64,000 nt of DNA from Rozella allomycis CSF55 (GCA_000442015.1 KE561071.1:62001-126000), one strand, 5' to 3'; positions 11,946-22,661 are shown, counted from the stretch's first letter. Numbers and translations are program-made. The notes: a model not told the origin generated them from the sequence alone.

Positions 11946-12348
11946 TATTAATTCGAGAGATTAGAAATGTCAGGAATGACATAAGAAATGATATAAGAAA
12001 CGACATAAGAAATGATATAAGAAACGACATAAGAAATGTAATAAGAAATGTAATGACATTTACCTTTTCCATTAGGTGTAGTCATTAATGATATCCGAGA
12101 ATATAACAAATTCTCGGTATCTTAATTCTTTGGCCTATAGGGAAGAAACTGAAATTTTACCACTCCCCAATTTTGATGGGGAGAACCCACCGCAGTTTCC
12201 TGAAACTGTTGGTGAATTCTGGAGGTTGAACGCCAGAGATGTAACCTTTCTATTAAATTTCTATGGGATACCAAACAATGGTACCCTTGAGAAAAGAATT
12301 AGCAGGTTGGCTAGGCATTGCAGAGTGAACCGTCCTACTGTTGTCTAA
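11946..12348 (+). CDS. Mug135-like C-terminal domain protein (fragment) preceded by RNDI repeats
   Basis: NS...ILPLPNFDGENPPQFPETV...LLNFYGI...RLARH resembles the fungal Mug135_C domain. A GT-AG intron ending at 12081 joins the repeat exon in frame. Confidence 0.55.
11972..12055 (+). repeat. 12-bp tandem repeat (AGAAAYGAYATA), about 7 units
   Basis: Directly visible; encodes RNDI repeats. Confidence 0.9.
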
Positions 12349-12351
12349 AAN

Positions 12352-12470
12352 TTGAATGCCAGAGATGTAACCTTTCTATTAAATTTCTATGGAATACCGA
12401 ACAACGGGAAGGTTGAGAATAGAATTGACATGTTGGCTAGGCATTGCAGAGTGAACCGTCCTACTGTTGT
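12352..12470 (+). repeat. Diverged second copy of 12227-12350 (paralogue or haplotype)
   Basis: Near-identical ttgaa(c/t)gccagagatgtaacc...gttgtctaaaa with several substitutions, flanked by Ns. Confidence 0.8.
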
Positions 12471-12939
12471 CTAAAAATAAANTGTCGCCCTCTTCGCGCG
12501 CGTTGGAGCGGAAGTAGGCGCGCATTTTGGATGACTCTAGGTAGTCTGTATCTGTGCCAATTAGTACAGCGTCGTATGTCGTGTTTATTTCTAGTTTATA
12601 TAATAATAAGGGATTACCCTCTTCTTTGATCACACTGGCGGCCCATGTTTTGGCCTCTTCGTCCGTCGGTCTGGAATTCGTTTTGATCGGGGAGAGAGCT
12701 ATAGTGTTGCTTAATGACATGTTGCGGCGTCGCATTTCCGGGGTTGGCGGGGCTACTTCTTGGACCAAATCTTCGGGAATAGGCTGGTTGAATTGAGTTA
12801 TTCGGCCGGCTGGCGATNTAAAATAAATGAACTTCAAAGTTCCATGGAATTTATTTTTCAGTGTACAAATAAGACTTTGGATGCGTTTGACTTTAGTAAT
12901 ATAACTGATTTCGATAAAAAATAAATGCCTTTATTTGAA

Positions 12940-14706
12940 TTAATAAATGCTTATAGAATAAGAATCTCCGTTGGAATTGTGAATAGATGATGAAAAATTA
13001 GACGTTTCAAAGCACCACTCATACCAAACTCTAGTTCTATCGCACTTTCTCCATAGTGAAACATAACAAGTGCTTTGTGGACTAAGCATAAAAGGTTCTT
13101 TGGTAGGAAAGTACATGGGAAACCAACTGTACATATTGGTAGTTTCATCACCAGGCACTGTAGAAACGCTGATGGTATCATAAAGCAAGGAAGAAAAGTA
13201 GCCAGTAAAACCATGACATACAACATTATAATGTTTTTCATTCTTCATCTCAATCTTTGCATATCTAGAATGATCATTGTTGTTAACATTTGGATGTATA
13301 AAACTGAATACAGGGCGAGGTTTGCATAATGTCACAGCATTCCTGTAGCGAACAACATAAGGAATCTCCAGAGGATGTTCTCCTTTAGATCCAAAAGAGA
13401 GTGCACAAGCATTTTTGAATAATGTCACCGATGAAACAAGAGAAATGTACGATACACTATTGGCAGGAATGGAAACACTTTCTGAACTCATTAACTGAGA
13501 ACAGCCATCAAGGCATTCAGGAGAAAGTTCATTATCTCCAAAAGACCCCAAGAGTTCACTGACCAAGAAATCACATTTAGAATGACTGAAATTCCTCATG
13601 TCTCCTTCATAAACACTCACATTTTCATTCTTCCATTCATTTTCTTTCATAGTAAGCAACTTTACAACAGCATTCGGATTTTTATCCAAGGCCACAATTT
13701 CAACATCCACATTTGACGTTTTAGAAGCGGAAATCGCTCGATTTACCAACGGTCCTCTACCTGCACCTAAAACATAAATTCTTGCCGTTTTATTTGCATT
13801 CTTTAACTTCCAGTCATTTAAAGCTTTCGTAATAGCTTTTTCATATTGAATGTATTTGACTGGATCGGCTTCAAAAACAGAATAAGTCCCTGCGTCCAAG
13901 TTATCCTTCAAAGGCTGCAGTGGAATTTGAAGAACGTCGCAGTATTCATTAGCAGCTCTTTCAATCGCAGAAATATCCCTCGGTCTATTCAACAGTTGCA
14001 AAGATTCTACATGAACCTTAAAGTCTTCAACAGTTTCAGATTTAATAAATATCTTCAAATTCAATTCAAATGCTTTTGATACACAATTTCGATGTTCTGG
14101 AGAGAGCAAGGGGATATTTTTCTTGTTTAAAATAAATGCAGATTCCGGAATAAAAATAGAGTGCAAACTTTGACTAATCCATTTAGAAAAATCAGAATAT
14201 ATATCAGGCAATTCAAGCCCTACGACTATATTTCGGCTGTTTCCCACCTTGTTTGAAAATCGAAGCCATGATTGCCAGTGATCGGTCTTGACGATAAACA
14301 GGATAGTCGGAACTCTGCCCTGGCTATTTAGCAACAAATTCTTAACTGTACTAGCAAAAAAGTCACTCAAAGACTCTTGAAATGGAATACACAACAGGGG
14401 AATAGATAAATGACAAACATAACCAAACTGAAATAGGAATTCTCTTTCGCCTAAAAGCAGACTTTCAACATTTTCAGATGACAGTAATTCTATTGTACTT
14501 TTGCCTACCCTTAATCCCAACGATGACAAGTCAAGATTTTCATCCAAAACAGATAAGCAGGATGGTGAACGCATAGTATTTATATCATCTTCAAGATTGA
14601 ATGGAAGTAAACAGCAATCCAAACCCATATACCTAACCTCACTTATAAGTTCATCGCTATATCTGATGCCAACGTTATCAGGGAAAGAAATTCCAAGAAG
14701 AGACAT
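12940..14706 (-). CDS. PRMT5: Protein arginine N-methyltransferase 5 (Skb1/Hsl7), intronless
   Basis: PLQPLKDNL, FEADPVKY, VLGAGRGPLV, VSELLGSFGDNELSPECLDG, SWFPMYFP, VWYEW. Confidence 0.96.
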   Translation of the reverse strand: MSLLGISFPDNVGIRYSDELISEVRYMGLDCCLLPFNLEDDINTMRSPSCLSVLDENLDLSSLGLRVGKSTIELLSSENVESLLLGEREFLFQFGYVCHLSIPLLCIPFQESLSDFFASTVKNLLLNSQGRVPTILFIVKTDHWQSWLRFSNKVGNSRNIVVGLELPDIYSDFSKWISQSLHSIFIPESAFILNKKNIPLLSPEHRNCVSKAFELNLKIFIKSETVEDFKVHVESLQLLNRPRDISAIERAANEYCDVLQIPLQPLKDNLDAGTYSVFEADPVKYIQYEKAITKALNDWKLKNANKTARIYVLGAGRGPLVNRAISASKTSNVDVEIVALDKNPNAVVKLLTMKENEWKNENVSVYEGDMRNFSHSKCDFLVSELLGSFGDNELSPECLDGCSQLMSSESVSIPANSVSYISLVSSVTLFKNACALSFGSKGEHPLEIPYVVRYRNAVTLCKPRPVFSFIHPNVNNNDHSRYAKIEMKNEKHYNVVCHGFTGYFSSLLYDTISVSTVPGDETTNMYSWFPMYFPTKEPFMLSPQSTCYVSLWRKCDRTRVWYEWCFETSNFSSSIHNSNGDSYSISIY

Positions 14707-14859
14707 TTTCAGAAATTTCTGACTGATTATTTCTAGAGAAAGAATATATACTAATTGAATTGAACATGGAGTTTTAAGTTGAGACTTTAAAAGACCAACT
14801 CCCACTCCACCTAATTGAAGTTTTCTCTTTTCTAAATTTTCAGATTAAAATTTCTTCAA

Positions 14860-15294
14860 ATGCAGTACGTAACCGCATCGGATTTAGCTAATTTAATAAG
14901 GTGATAAAACTATTTTGCAAATAAAAGAAAAGAATCAGGAAATCCCACCAAGACCTACGAAATTATAGATATGAGAGATGACGATTATGTAGATGGAAAA
15001 ATAGTAGATTCTATCAATATTCCATCCGAAGAATTCACTGAAGAAGTGGCTACTAGACTTTGTGAAAAGCTTAAAAATAAAAGCCTTGTGATATTTCACT
15101 GCCACTTGTCACAAGTAAAGCACGAACTTGGGTTTTATAAGGTGAGAGGGCCAAGTGCGGCGAAACTTTATGAAAATATTATAAAAGACGAAGGCCGAGA
15201 TATTTTTATGCAAAAAATTGCAGTGCTTGAAGGTGGATTTAGTAAATGGCGAAATTTGTTTGAACACGACGCAGATCTATATCAAAATATATAA
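14860..15294 (+). CDS. Cdc25-like rhodanese-fold phosphatase/arsenate reductase (Ych1/Ibp1-like)
   Basis: Spliced active site FHCHLSQVRGP (27-nt intron 15115-15141), IIDMRDDDY and VLEGGFSKW. Confidence 0.85.
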
Positions 15295-15505
15295 AAGATT
15301 TAAATTAAAATAATCATGCCACAGTAATTCCATTTCTGTTTCTTGGATGAACTTGTTCAATGTTCATATGTAATTGCACTTTATATTTACCAATGATCAA
15401 ACCTTAAATCTAGTATTCTTTTGCTAAAACACATCGTAGTAAATCGAATGTACCAGTACAAGGTTCTTTAAATATCCTAGAAAATATTCCGATCATAGTT
15501 TTTCA

Positions 15506-16445
15506 ATGGAACAATCATTATCTTTACCACCTGTAGAACATGCCACTGGTGGAGAGCCAAATATTATAAGATTATTAGACAAAGATGGTAGAAGTTTAAT
15601 TGATTCTGTTTCGGCTTCATACGAAGACTCGTTTTCATTGGACCCCTTCAGCGATTTGATAAAAACACATAATGAGAAAACACCAACAGGAAATTTAATT
15701 ATTGCTCGAGTTCAAACATGGGATCGTAAACAGCCAGATAAAGCCTTCTATTCGTATTATGACGCCTACCACTTGAACAAAATATTATTTCAGACTCAAA
15801 TATATTGTGGAAAGAAACTCATTCACAGAATTTTGGTCCTAAATCCATTGACAAATACAGATATCATAGGAGATGTACAATATTTCCATGTACAAACAAG
15901 ATTTGACCCCAACTTGCAAACGACGCCGCAAATCAGACTTCCAGAAACCAATTCATTTGAAAGAAGGAAAAGTACTCAAGAAAGATTAAGCTTCTTTATG
16001 AGAAAAGCCTTGCCGCCTACCCTGACTATTCAAACCAGCGATGGCCAGTATACGCCGGTGGCGACACCAGTCACTCCACAAGGAGGAAATGAAATGAAAA
16101 TGACGCAGTTACCCGGGGCATCTAGAATGACCGAAACGAAAGAATCAATGTTTCTCCGATCGGCACTCCTTGATCCAAATGCAGCGCCAGGTCCCCAGCC
16201 AAACATGCGTGGAAGGATACGAAGTTTGCCATCCGCCAAGATCAAAAAGAATGAAGGACTAGAAATAAGACCTGAAGCTATAGCCAAACAAGCGCAGATA
16301 ACCGACGTTGAAATGGGACAAGTTGGGGCGCCTCCGCCTGCAGCTAGAAGGTTTTCTCTTATGTTACCACAGCCTGGTCAAAATGCCAATGAAAGATTGT
16401 TGACTAGACGTCTATCACACATGCGTTCCAAGACGACATCGCCAG
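15506..16445 (+). CDS. Conserved fungal hypothetical protein (possibly DUF5092-like), truncated at an N join
   Basis: Long ORF with an ordered N-terminal domain (IIARVQTWD, YSYYDAYHLNK, NPLTNTDIIGDVQYF) followed by a Pro-rich disordered region. The family name is from recall only. Confidence 0.5.
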
Positions 16446-16548
16446 NCTTTGAATGGCAGAAAATAGTAGCAATGGACTCCATCGACTTTCTCTATTTTTG
16501 GCATTAAAAATATCATCACATAAGTATCATAAGAAGAATATCGCTTTA

Positions 16549-18381
16549 TTAATATAATAATTGAACAACTTTTGAAATTGTAACTGAGATTGTAGTTAAA
16601 TCATCATCATTGAGAAGAATTTGATTAAACTCGTCAAAAGTAAAACAACAATTGTCGTTTACACCAAAAGTGATTGAATACCCCGATAACTCGAGACCTT
16701 TAAAAAATATCACGAAAGATTGTGCAACATCGGCCATGTTAACATTGATATAAAATTGAACAAAATGCAATTTGGAAGACTGGATATTTTGGAAAACTTG
16801 TTGTACAATTGATATCAAATCATCTTTTTCATCAATTATATCCTCTTGAGCATTATCATAGAATGTAGAAGACATTATTTTAACAGAAAACTTTTGAATA
16901 TTAGACATTAACACTTTGGAAATAAAATTGGAAAAATCGCTTGGAGTTTTATCAAAGAATTGAAAATTTAATTCTTTCAAATTTGAACTCAAAAATACAG
17001 AGTTTAGTTCATTAAAAGTAAGTTGTGTTTCCATTGGGCAAACAGGGAAATTAATTGAAAGCGTTTTCAAATTATGTAAATAATTAAAGAGCTCAATATT
17101 CCCTTTGTAAAAAGCTAATGAATTGAACATCTTTTTTACAGAAATCAAATCAGCCAGGTATTTAAATGACATCACATTTGGATGTATACTCAATCGAAAA
17201 TCAAGACTATGAATCTTTGAAGAAACAAGTGCTTCAAAGCTCTCAGCATTTTCTGGATAAAAGTTGATTTTTAACTTTCGAATCTGGGATTTTCCTAAAG
17301 ACTTGAAGAAATCATTCTGAATTTCAGGCTTCAATTTTTCACGGACGGTGAATGAAAGTGATTCAATATTCGAGTTTGGTAAATGTTTAAGCAACATCTC
17401 AACTTCTTTAGATAGCAAACAAAAATCAATTAAAAGTTCCTTTAATCTTTTAGTTTGTGGGAGAGAATGGAAAAGTGGACCTAAATCCAAATCTTTTTCT
17501 TCAACAGAAACTAAAAGTTTCAACTTTTCCACTTTTGAGTTTTTATGAACCAAAACTCTTGTTAATGACTGCAAACTCTCGTAATCTACTTTGACTTCCA
17601 ATTCTACCAAATTTAAATATTCCAAGTCTTTAAAAAAGTCATAAACAGAATGAATCTTAAGTTTTTTAATATTAAAATTTGACAGTCCAGAAGCAACAAT
17701 AGAATTATACATCTCATCGCCAAAGAAATTTGAAACTATTCTTAAATCTATATCTTCAGCCCTCATCATTAATTGTTCTAGAACTTGTTCAAAATGTATG
17801 CTATTCAAATGTTGACGAATTTCCTCCTTGTATTCTTCGTCTTCATTAATATATTCATTAAAACCATAATTAAAGTTAACATATTTATCTAAAAGGTAAT
17901 CGCCTTGGAAAAAACTAATGCCAATGTTATTAGTAATTTTCAAAGATGCTGGCTCAAAAAAGTATTTAAATGCTTCAATTTTATTTTCCCTGCTTGGGAA
18001 GGTATCCTGGAAATCTTGAAGGTCATTTGAATCATTGAACTTTATATAAAGTTTAGTCTTTATGGTTGGGATTTTACATTTTAACATTCTTCTGTTGAAT
18101 ATTAAAAACACATCATCATCCCGATGCCCTATTGCGGCTTTAGAACATCTTATAAAGTTGAGTAACTCTATATGACGGTCGTAACATATTTTGAAAGCTT
18201 TGCAAGTAACACCAAGCGCTATTGAATCTGCAAGTGAAAGATATTCCGAGATCATCAATCCCAACTCGGCAGGAAATGACTTAATCGTATTTACTTGCTC
18301 ATTCTTCTTTGGAATGCTAGGAGTAGGAATAGCCAGCAATATACTGAATAGTAAACATAAAAAAATATAATATTTTTTCAT
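16549..18381 (-). CDS. Secreted F-box-like/RNI-type LRR protein, intronless
   Basis: Signal peptide MKKYYIFLCLLFSILLA; F-box-like IKSFPAELGLMISEYLSLADSIALGVTCK; degenerate repeats of SxIxxLxI/L. Confidence 0.65.
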   Translation of the reverse strand: MKKYYIFLCLLFSILLAIPTPSIPKKNEQVNTIKSFPAELGLMISEYLSLADSIALGVTCKAFKICYDRHIELLNFIRCSKAAIGHRDDDVFLIFNRRMLKCKIPTIKTKLYIKFNDSNDLQDFQDTFPSRENKIEAFKYFFEPASLKITNNIGISFFQGDYLLDKYVNFNYGFNEYINEDEEYKEEIRQHLNSIHFEQVLEQLMMRAEDIDLRIVSNFFGDEMYNSIVASGLSNFNIKKLKIHSVYDFFKDLEYLNLVELEVKVDYESLQSLTRVLVHKNSKVEKLKLLVSVEEKDLDLGPLFHSLPQTKRLKELLIDFCLLSKEVEMLLKHLPNSNIESLSFTVREKLKPEIQNDFFKSLGKSQIRKLKINFYPENAESFEALVSSKIHSLDFRLSIHPNVMSFKYLADLISVKKMFNSLAFYKGNIELFNYLHNLKTLSINFPVCPMETQLTFNELNSVFLSSNLKELNFQFFDKTPSDFSNFISKVLMSNIQKFSVKIMSSTFYDNAQEDIIDEKDDLISIVQQVFQNIQSSKLHFVQFYINVNMADVAQSFVIFFKGLELSGYSITFGVNDNCCFTFDEFNQILLNDDDLTTISVTISKVVQLLY

Positions 18382-18613
18382 GTATTTCACCAGGGTGGGG
18401 CGGAAACAATATCTAAGATAGGGCATAGGGATATTCTTTCCTTTAAGCCATTTTGATTAAACACTGAGAAGATCATTATTCAAATCAAAGCTACTGAAAG
18501 GGTTAGAAAAATCGCCAGAAATGCCATACTCGTAAACACAAAATACTTGACTAATTTAATTCTTTAAACTTAAAATTTTGAAAATTGTATGCAAAAATTT
18601 ATTTCCTGGTGCC

Positions 18614-20413
18614 TTATGCTAGAAGACTTACCAAATCAGCATCCTTTCTTAGACCTTGACGTTTAATTTGTCTTGAATATCTAAACAACGTAGGAAAACT
18701 ATGTTTTGAAAATGATACTCTTGGAAAATTACCATCAACTGCAATTGAACTCGGTAATGTTAACACTTCATCAGGGTCGGGGTAATATGCAATAGAATCT
18801 TTCTTAAAGTCGATATTTCCATGTTCATCATCAGGAAGGTTCAAAAACTCAAAAACATCTCTTCTTATTTCGAAATTTTCCTTAATTTCAGGTGCTAATG
18901 GAGATACTAAGCAAACACCTTCTAAGCTAAAAAGATCAACTCCCTCAAAATCCTCGACAAAAATGGGATTTTCATTGTCTAAGAATTCATCTTTATATTG
19001 CCCCGAAAAAAATGGCAAGTTATCACCACTCGCACTCACAATTGCACCATTTTCATCAAAGAAGCCAAAATTCTTTTTCATGGGCAATAAATTTTCAGTT
19101 ATGTACAATTCGGGACATTCTCGTTGATCTAGTTCAAGCTCCATGACTACATCTTCTTGAATGGTCTCTAAGCTACCCCGGAATTTCCTGTGCTCAAATG
19201 TAGGTTTCGGCTCAATATTTAAGAGCGAAATTGTCGCCAAGTCTAAAGATTGTCTTGAGTTTTCTTTAATCGCTTCATTGCATGCGTCTAGTTTTGATAA
19301 AGCGCTTATATCATCAAATTTAGATGAGGACGGTATCGCACTCGAAGACAAAGCTTTTTGGGTGCTTTCTTCAAGTATATCTGTATCATTATCCATTTTA
19401 TTGTTTCTTTTGGGCTGCTTTACTTCTTCATTTCTATTACGTTTCTTCTGCTTCTTTTTAAAAACTTCTGAACCTTTTCGCGGAGACTAAATATCACGCA
19501 TATATGATTAATACTACTGGCGAAGTTTCAAAATCCAATTTTTGATCTTCTAAAACTGCTTTAATGTCTTTCTTCGGGGCCAAGGAAGCCTTTGTTGGCC
19601 GCATATATGATGGACTTGATTTTTCCATAGCTTTCGCAACTTTTGGTTTTTTTAAGCTGACAGGCAATTTCTTTAGTTTTTTAACATTTTCAGGCGAAAC
19701 GATATCTTTTGTCGAATTTTCCAAATCATCTGAATTTATGGGCCTGAGTTCAGAGTTTGCGTTTTCCACATTAATTTCACATTCCACCTTATCCAGAGAA
19801 ATAGATTTCTCTAGGCCCGAGTCTGCGCTACTTAATTGTTTATTTTCTACAAGGTCATCCGTTTGAACTTCCTTTTGTCCTGACTGCACAATCTTTGGTG
19901 CATCTCTTGATAAAAGCATAAAATATGCACGGATTAAAAGTTCCAGACAGCAAATAGTCTCTGGTGCGCCGTCAATTTTGAGCATAGACGCTACCTCAGC
20001 TTGTGGAGTAAATTCAAAACGATTCTGTTAAAAAGTAATCTGGAAATTATACCAAGCTATATTCAGACTTTAAAGTCTCAATTGTATACATCCCACCAGT
20101 GGATTGAAGAAAATTTACAACGATATTTAGCATTAGTCGCTCTTTTGACTCCATTCAATTTAATGAATTTACCTATCCCGTTATCATTTTCAACAGCGGC
20201 TTTGCCAAAAGTAGTTGTTCGATTCATTAAAGGTTTATGCCCATTCAATATTTTTGATACGTTGGAGAGAATGGATGCCTCTTGAAACTCCACGTTAAAC
20301 CTTACCTTGTACGCGCCTTTTAGCCCACATTTATCCATCGCTTCATCTATTTCGTTTATGTAAGGTTCGATATTTTCTTTTTCGAACATTTTTTTGTCAA
20401 CGGGAAACGACAT
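18614..20413 (-). CDS. FOP/CEP43-like LisH-domain protein (spliced; merges three track ORFs)
   Basis: Splicing yields LisH-like ERLMLNIVVNFLQSTGGMYTIETLKSE preceded by a TOF-like helix, then a disordered tail with PSYMRPT. Confidence 0.45.
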
Positions 20414-20515
20414 CTGTTTGTTTACAAAATGCCCCGCAGATACCCAGCCCGCCAAAATAGATTTCTCGAAAAATGAATCAATTATACTACTAGTTCAAAT
20501 AATATTTTTTATTGA

Positions 20516-21133
20516 TTAAAGAACACATTTTAGCTGCAAAAAGTCTGGGATGTAACTCCCGTTGTAGCCGTTATTGGCGAATGTAATTCCAAAACTGGCA
20601 TTCTGACCAGGTGATAAATTAGTATTCCATCTCTCTGGAAGCATTACCCAAGGATTTTGCGAATCAGGATTTCTTGTGACGCCCCAGAAGGAATCGATTG
20701 TAATTGGTGATGGATATGAGAGTTTAACTTCCCAAAATGATAGATTATGAGAGCCTGCAAATACATGATAGAAAACTCCAAAAGAATATTGGCTATTAAA
20801 ATTAGTGTAATAGGACAAAGAGCATGACTCAGTAATTGTAGTTGTATTGTTGTCATTTAAAGGACCTAAGTTATTCGATGTAATATTATTTGATGTGATT
20901 GTTAAGTTTGCGATTTTCTGCGTTAAATCATGGTTATTGCATGTGCATCCAAAATCCAATGTACCGTTTACCATCTTGTAGCAATGATTTAACTTTATGT
21001 TAAACCACTTATTTTTGAAGCAGGTTTGTTCACATTTTCGTATAAATGAATTGCAATGGTCACTTTTGAATTTGGCAACTGCTGGTTCCGTTAAAGTAGC
21101 AAGGGCAAATAAAAGGAAGATGATTCGAAGCAT
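20516..21133 (-). CDS. Secreted protein with a Cys-rich N-terminal module, T/N-rich linker and C-terminal CBM2-like domain
   Basis: Signal peptide; 6-Cys module; WEVKLSYP...IDSFWG...PERWNTNLSPGQNASFG bracketed by two Cys, as typical of CBM2; intronless. Confidence 0.75.
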   Translation of the reverse strand: MLRIIFLLFALATLTEPAVAKFKSDHCNSFIRKCEQTCFKNKWFNIKLNHCYKMVNGTLDFGCTCNNHDLTQKIANLTITSNNITSNNLGPLNDNNTTTITESCSLSYYTNFNSQYSFGVFYHVFAGSHNLSFWEVKLSYPSPITIDSFWGVTRNPDSQNPWVMLPERWNTNLSPGQNASFGITFANNGYNGSYIPDFLQLKCVL

Positions 21134-21374
21134 GATGACAACAAATGAACCTGCTATTTATATTTGGTCACTTTGATGGACTTTCCTATAAAGGGAAAAT
21201 TTTAAAAGTAAACAATCAATTGTAAATAAACATTGAAAGTTTCTGTCCTGATGGCCATAGTCTATAAGTTTTTTCAAAAACTTTTGGTACAATCTATTTT
21301 TTATACGTTATGCTATTTTTAACTTTTGATTTTTATTGGTTAGGAAAATTTGATGATCCCCTAACGTGTTACAA

Positions 21375-22661
21375 ATGCGACGTTTGTTCTCATTGACTTT
21401 CTTGGTATACGGGGCGGTTTATTGCCTCGATGAAAGAAACTTTGTTGGAGAAGTATCTGATATTGGATATACAGCAGACAATGCCGAAGCTTGGACGTCA
21501 GTTGACAATCCTGCGAGAGCAGCGACATTATTGAACTCTACTTTTGAATATACATTTGATAAGCTACCCAAGTCAGGGAAACCAGATATTCAGCCGTGGT
21601 CGGGAAGTTATTGGCCAACGTATTTGGATTCAATCAACTACAAATGGGCAGGTGCTCATGTTCCATCACCTGTAGAAAAATATGAAAGAGCTTTCAATGT
21701 AACTGGACTTGCCAACTTGGTTTCATCAAACATAGGAATCAATGCAAATTGGTTAAAGAAGGTAGCTTGCCAAACGGATGATGACTGTGGTGGAACAAAT
21801 GTTGGTCGTTGTGTTAGTAGGGATATAGAGCCGAAAAAGATTTGTATTCCTACCTGGTATGGAATTTGCCATGCATGGTCAGCAGCTGCTATTGAAGAAA
21901 TGCAACCAAAATACAGAGTTAAAGTGAACAATGTGATTTTTGACATTAACGATATTAAGGCTCTTGTTTCAGTTATGTATGACTATACTTTTAAAAACAC
22001 TGTGTCTTTATCAATGATCGGAAAGAGATGCAACCAAAAGAAGACAGAAATCGACCTAGACCCCATGGGAAGACCAAAAGATCCTGGATGTAGAGATATG
22101 AATGCTGCAACATTTCATACTTTGATGGCCAATGTTGTTGGAATCAATAAGAAGACCTTTTATTTTAACAAGGAGATGGATTCTGAAGTCTGGAATCAAC
22201 CAATGGCTGGTTTTACAGTGAACAGTGCCAACAAAATTTCCAAAGAAGATGCAAGAAAAGAATTTATTGTTCGAGACGAGTCATTTTCATCTGAAGGGCC
22301 ATTTACTCCAAAGGCTGTCGACTTTGTCAAGGTTCAATCAACAGTGTCTTATGTCAAGGAAACAAATCCAAGAACATTAAGAAAAACAAAGCTGGTTGTT
22401 AATAACATGACATTGGATTATATACTGGAACTGGATGCAGATGGGAAAATCATTGGCGGGGAATGGATAGGGAATACTATTTTGAACCACCCAGGGTTTG
22501 TAGTTTTCGTTAAATCAAGAGAAAAGAACTCTGCTATATTTGGCAAGAAGATGAAATGGGTTAATGTTAAAGCCATACTTGATGCATCTACGCTTGGAAC
22601 TCCAACGAAAATGTATGTCCCGATTCTTCCAGAGATAACTGCAGCAGAAACAGAACTTTAA
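21375..22661 (+). CDS. Secreted transglutaminase of the Phytophthora GP42/elicitor family, intronless
   Basis: Signal peptide; PWSGSYWPTYLDSINYKW, SPVEKY, IPTWYGICHAW (catalytic Cys-His), DIKAL, VWNQP, YILELDADGKIIGGEW. Confidence 0.9.
   Translation: MRRLFSLTFLVYGAVYCLDERNFVGEVSDIGYTADNAEAWTSVDNPARAATLLNSTFEYTFDKLPKSGKPDIQPWSGSYWPTYLDSINYKWAGAHVPSPVEKYERAFNVTGLANLVSSNIGINANWLKKVACQTDDDCGGTNVGRCVSRDIEPKKICIPTWYGICHAWSAAAIEEMQPKYRVKVNNVIFDINDIKALVSVMYDYTFKNTVSLSMIGKRCNQKKTEIDLDPMGRPKDPGCRDMNAATFHTLMANVVGINKKTFYFNKEMDSEVWNQPMAGFTVNSANKISKEDARKEFIVRDESFSSEGPFTPKAVDFVKVQSTVSYVKETNPRTLRKTKLVVNNMTLDYILELDADGKIIGGEWIGNTILNHPGFVVFVKSREKNSAIFGKKMKWVNVKAILDASTLGTPTKMYVPILPEITAAETEL

Noticed and set aside
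11972-12055. Possible CRISPR-like array
   Set aside because: Contiguous 12-bp tandem units with no spacers, in a coding frame, in a eukaryotic context with no cas genes.
12951-14722. Short antisense or alternate-frame ORFs over PRMT5 and other genes
   Set aside because: Shadows of real coding regions with no motifs; the same applies to most 60-130 aa track ORFs.
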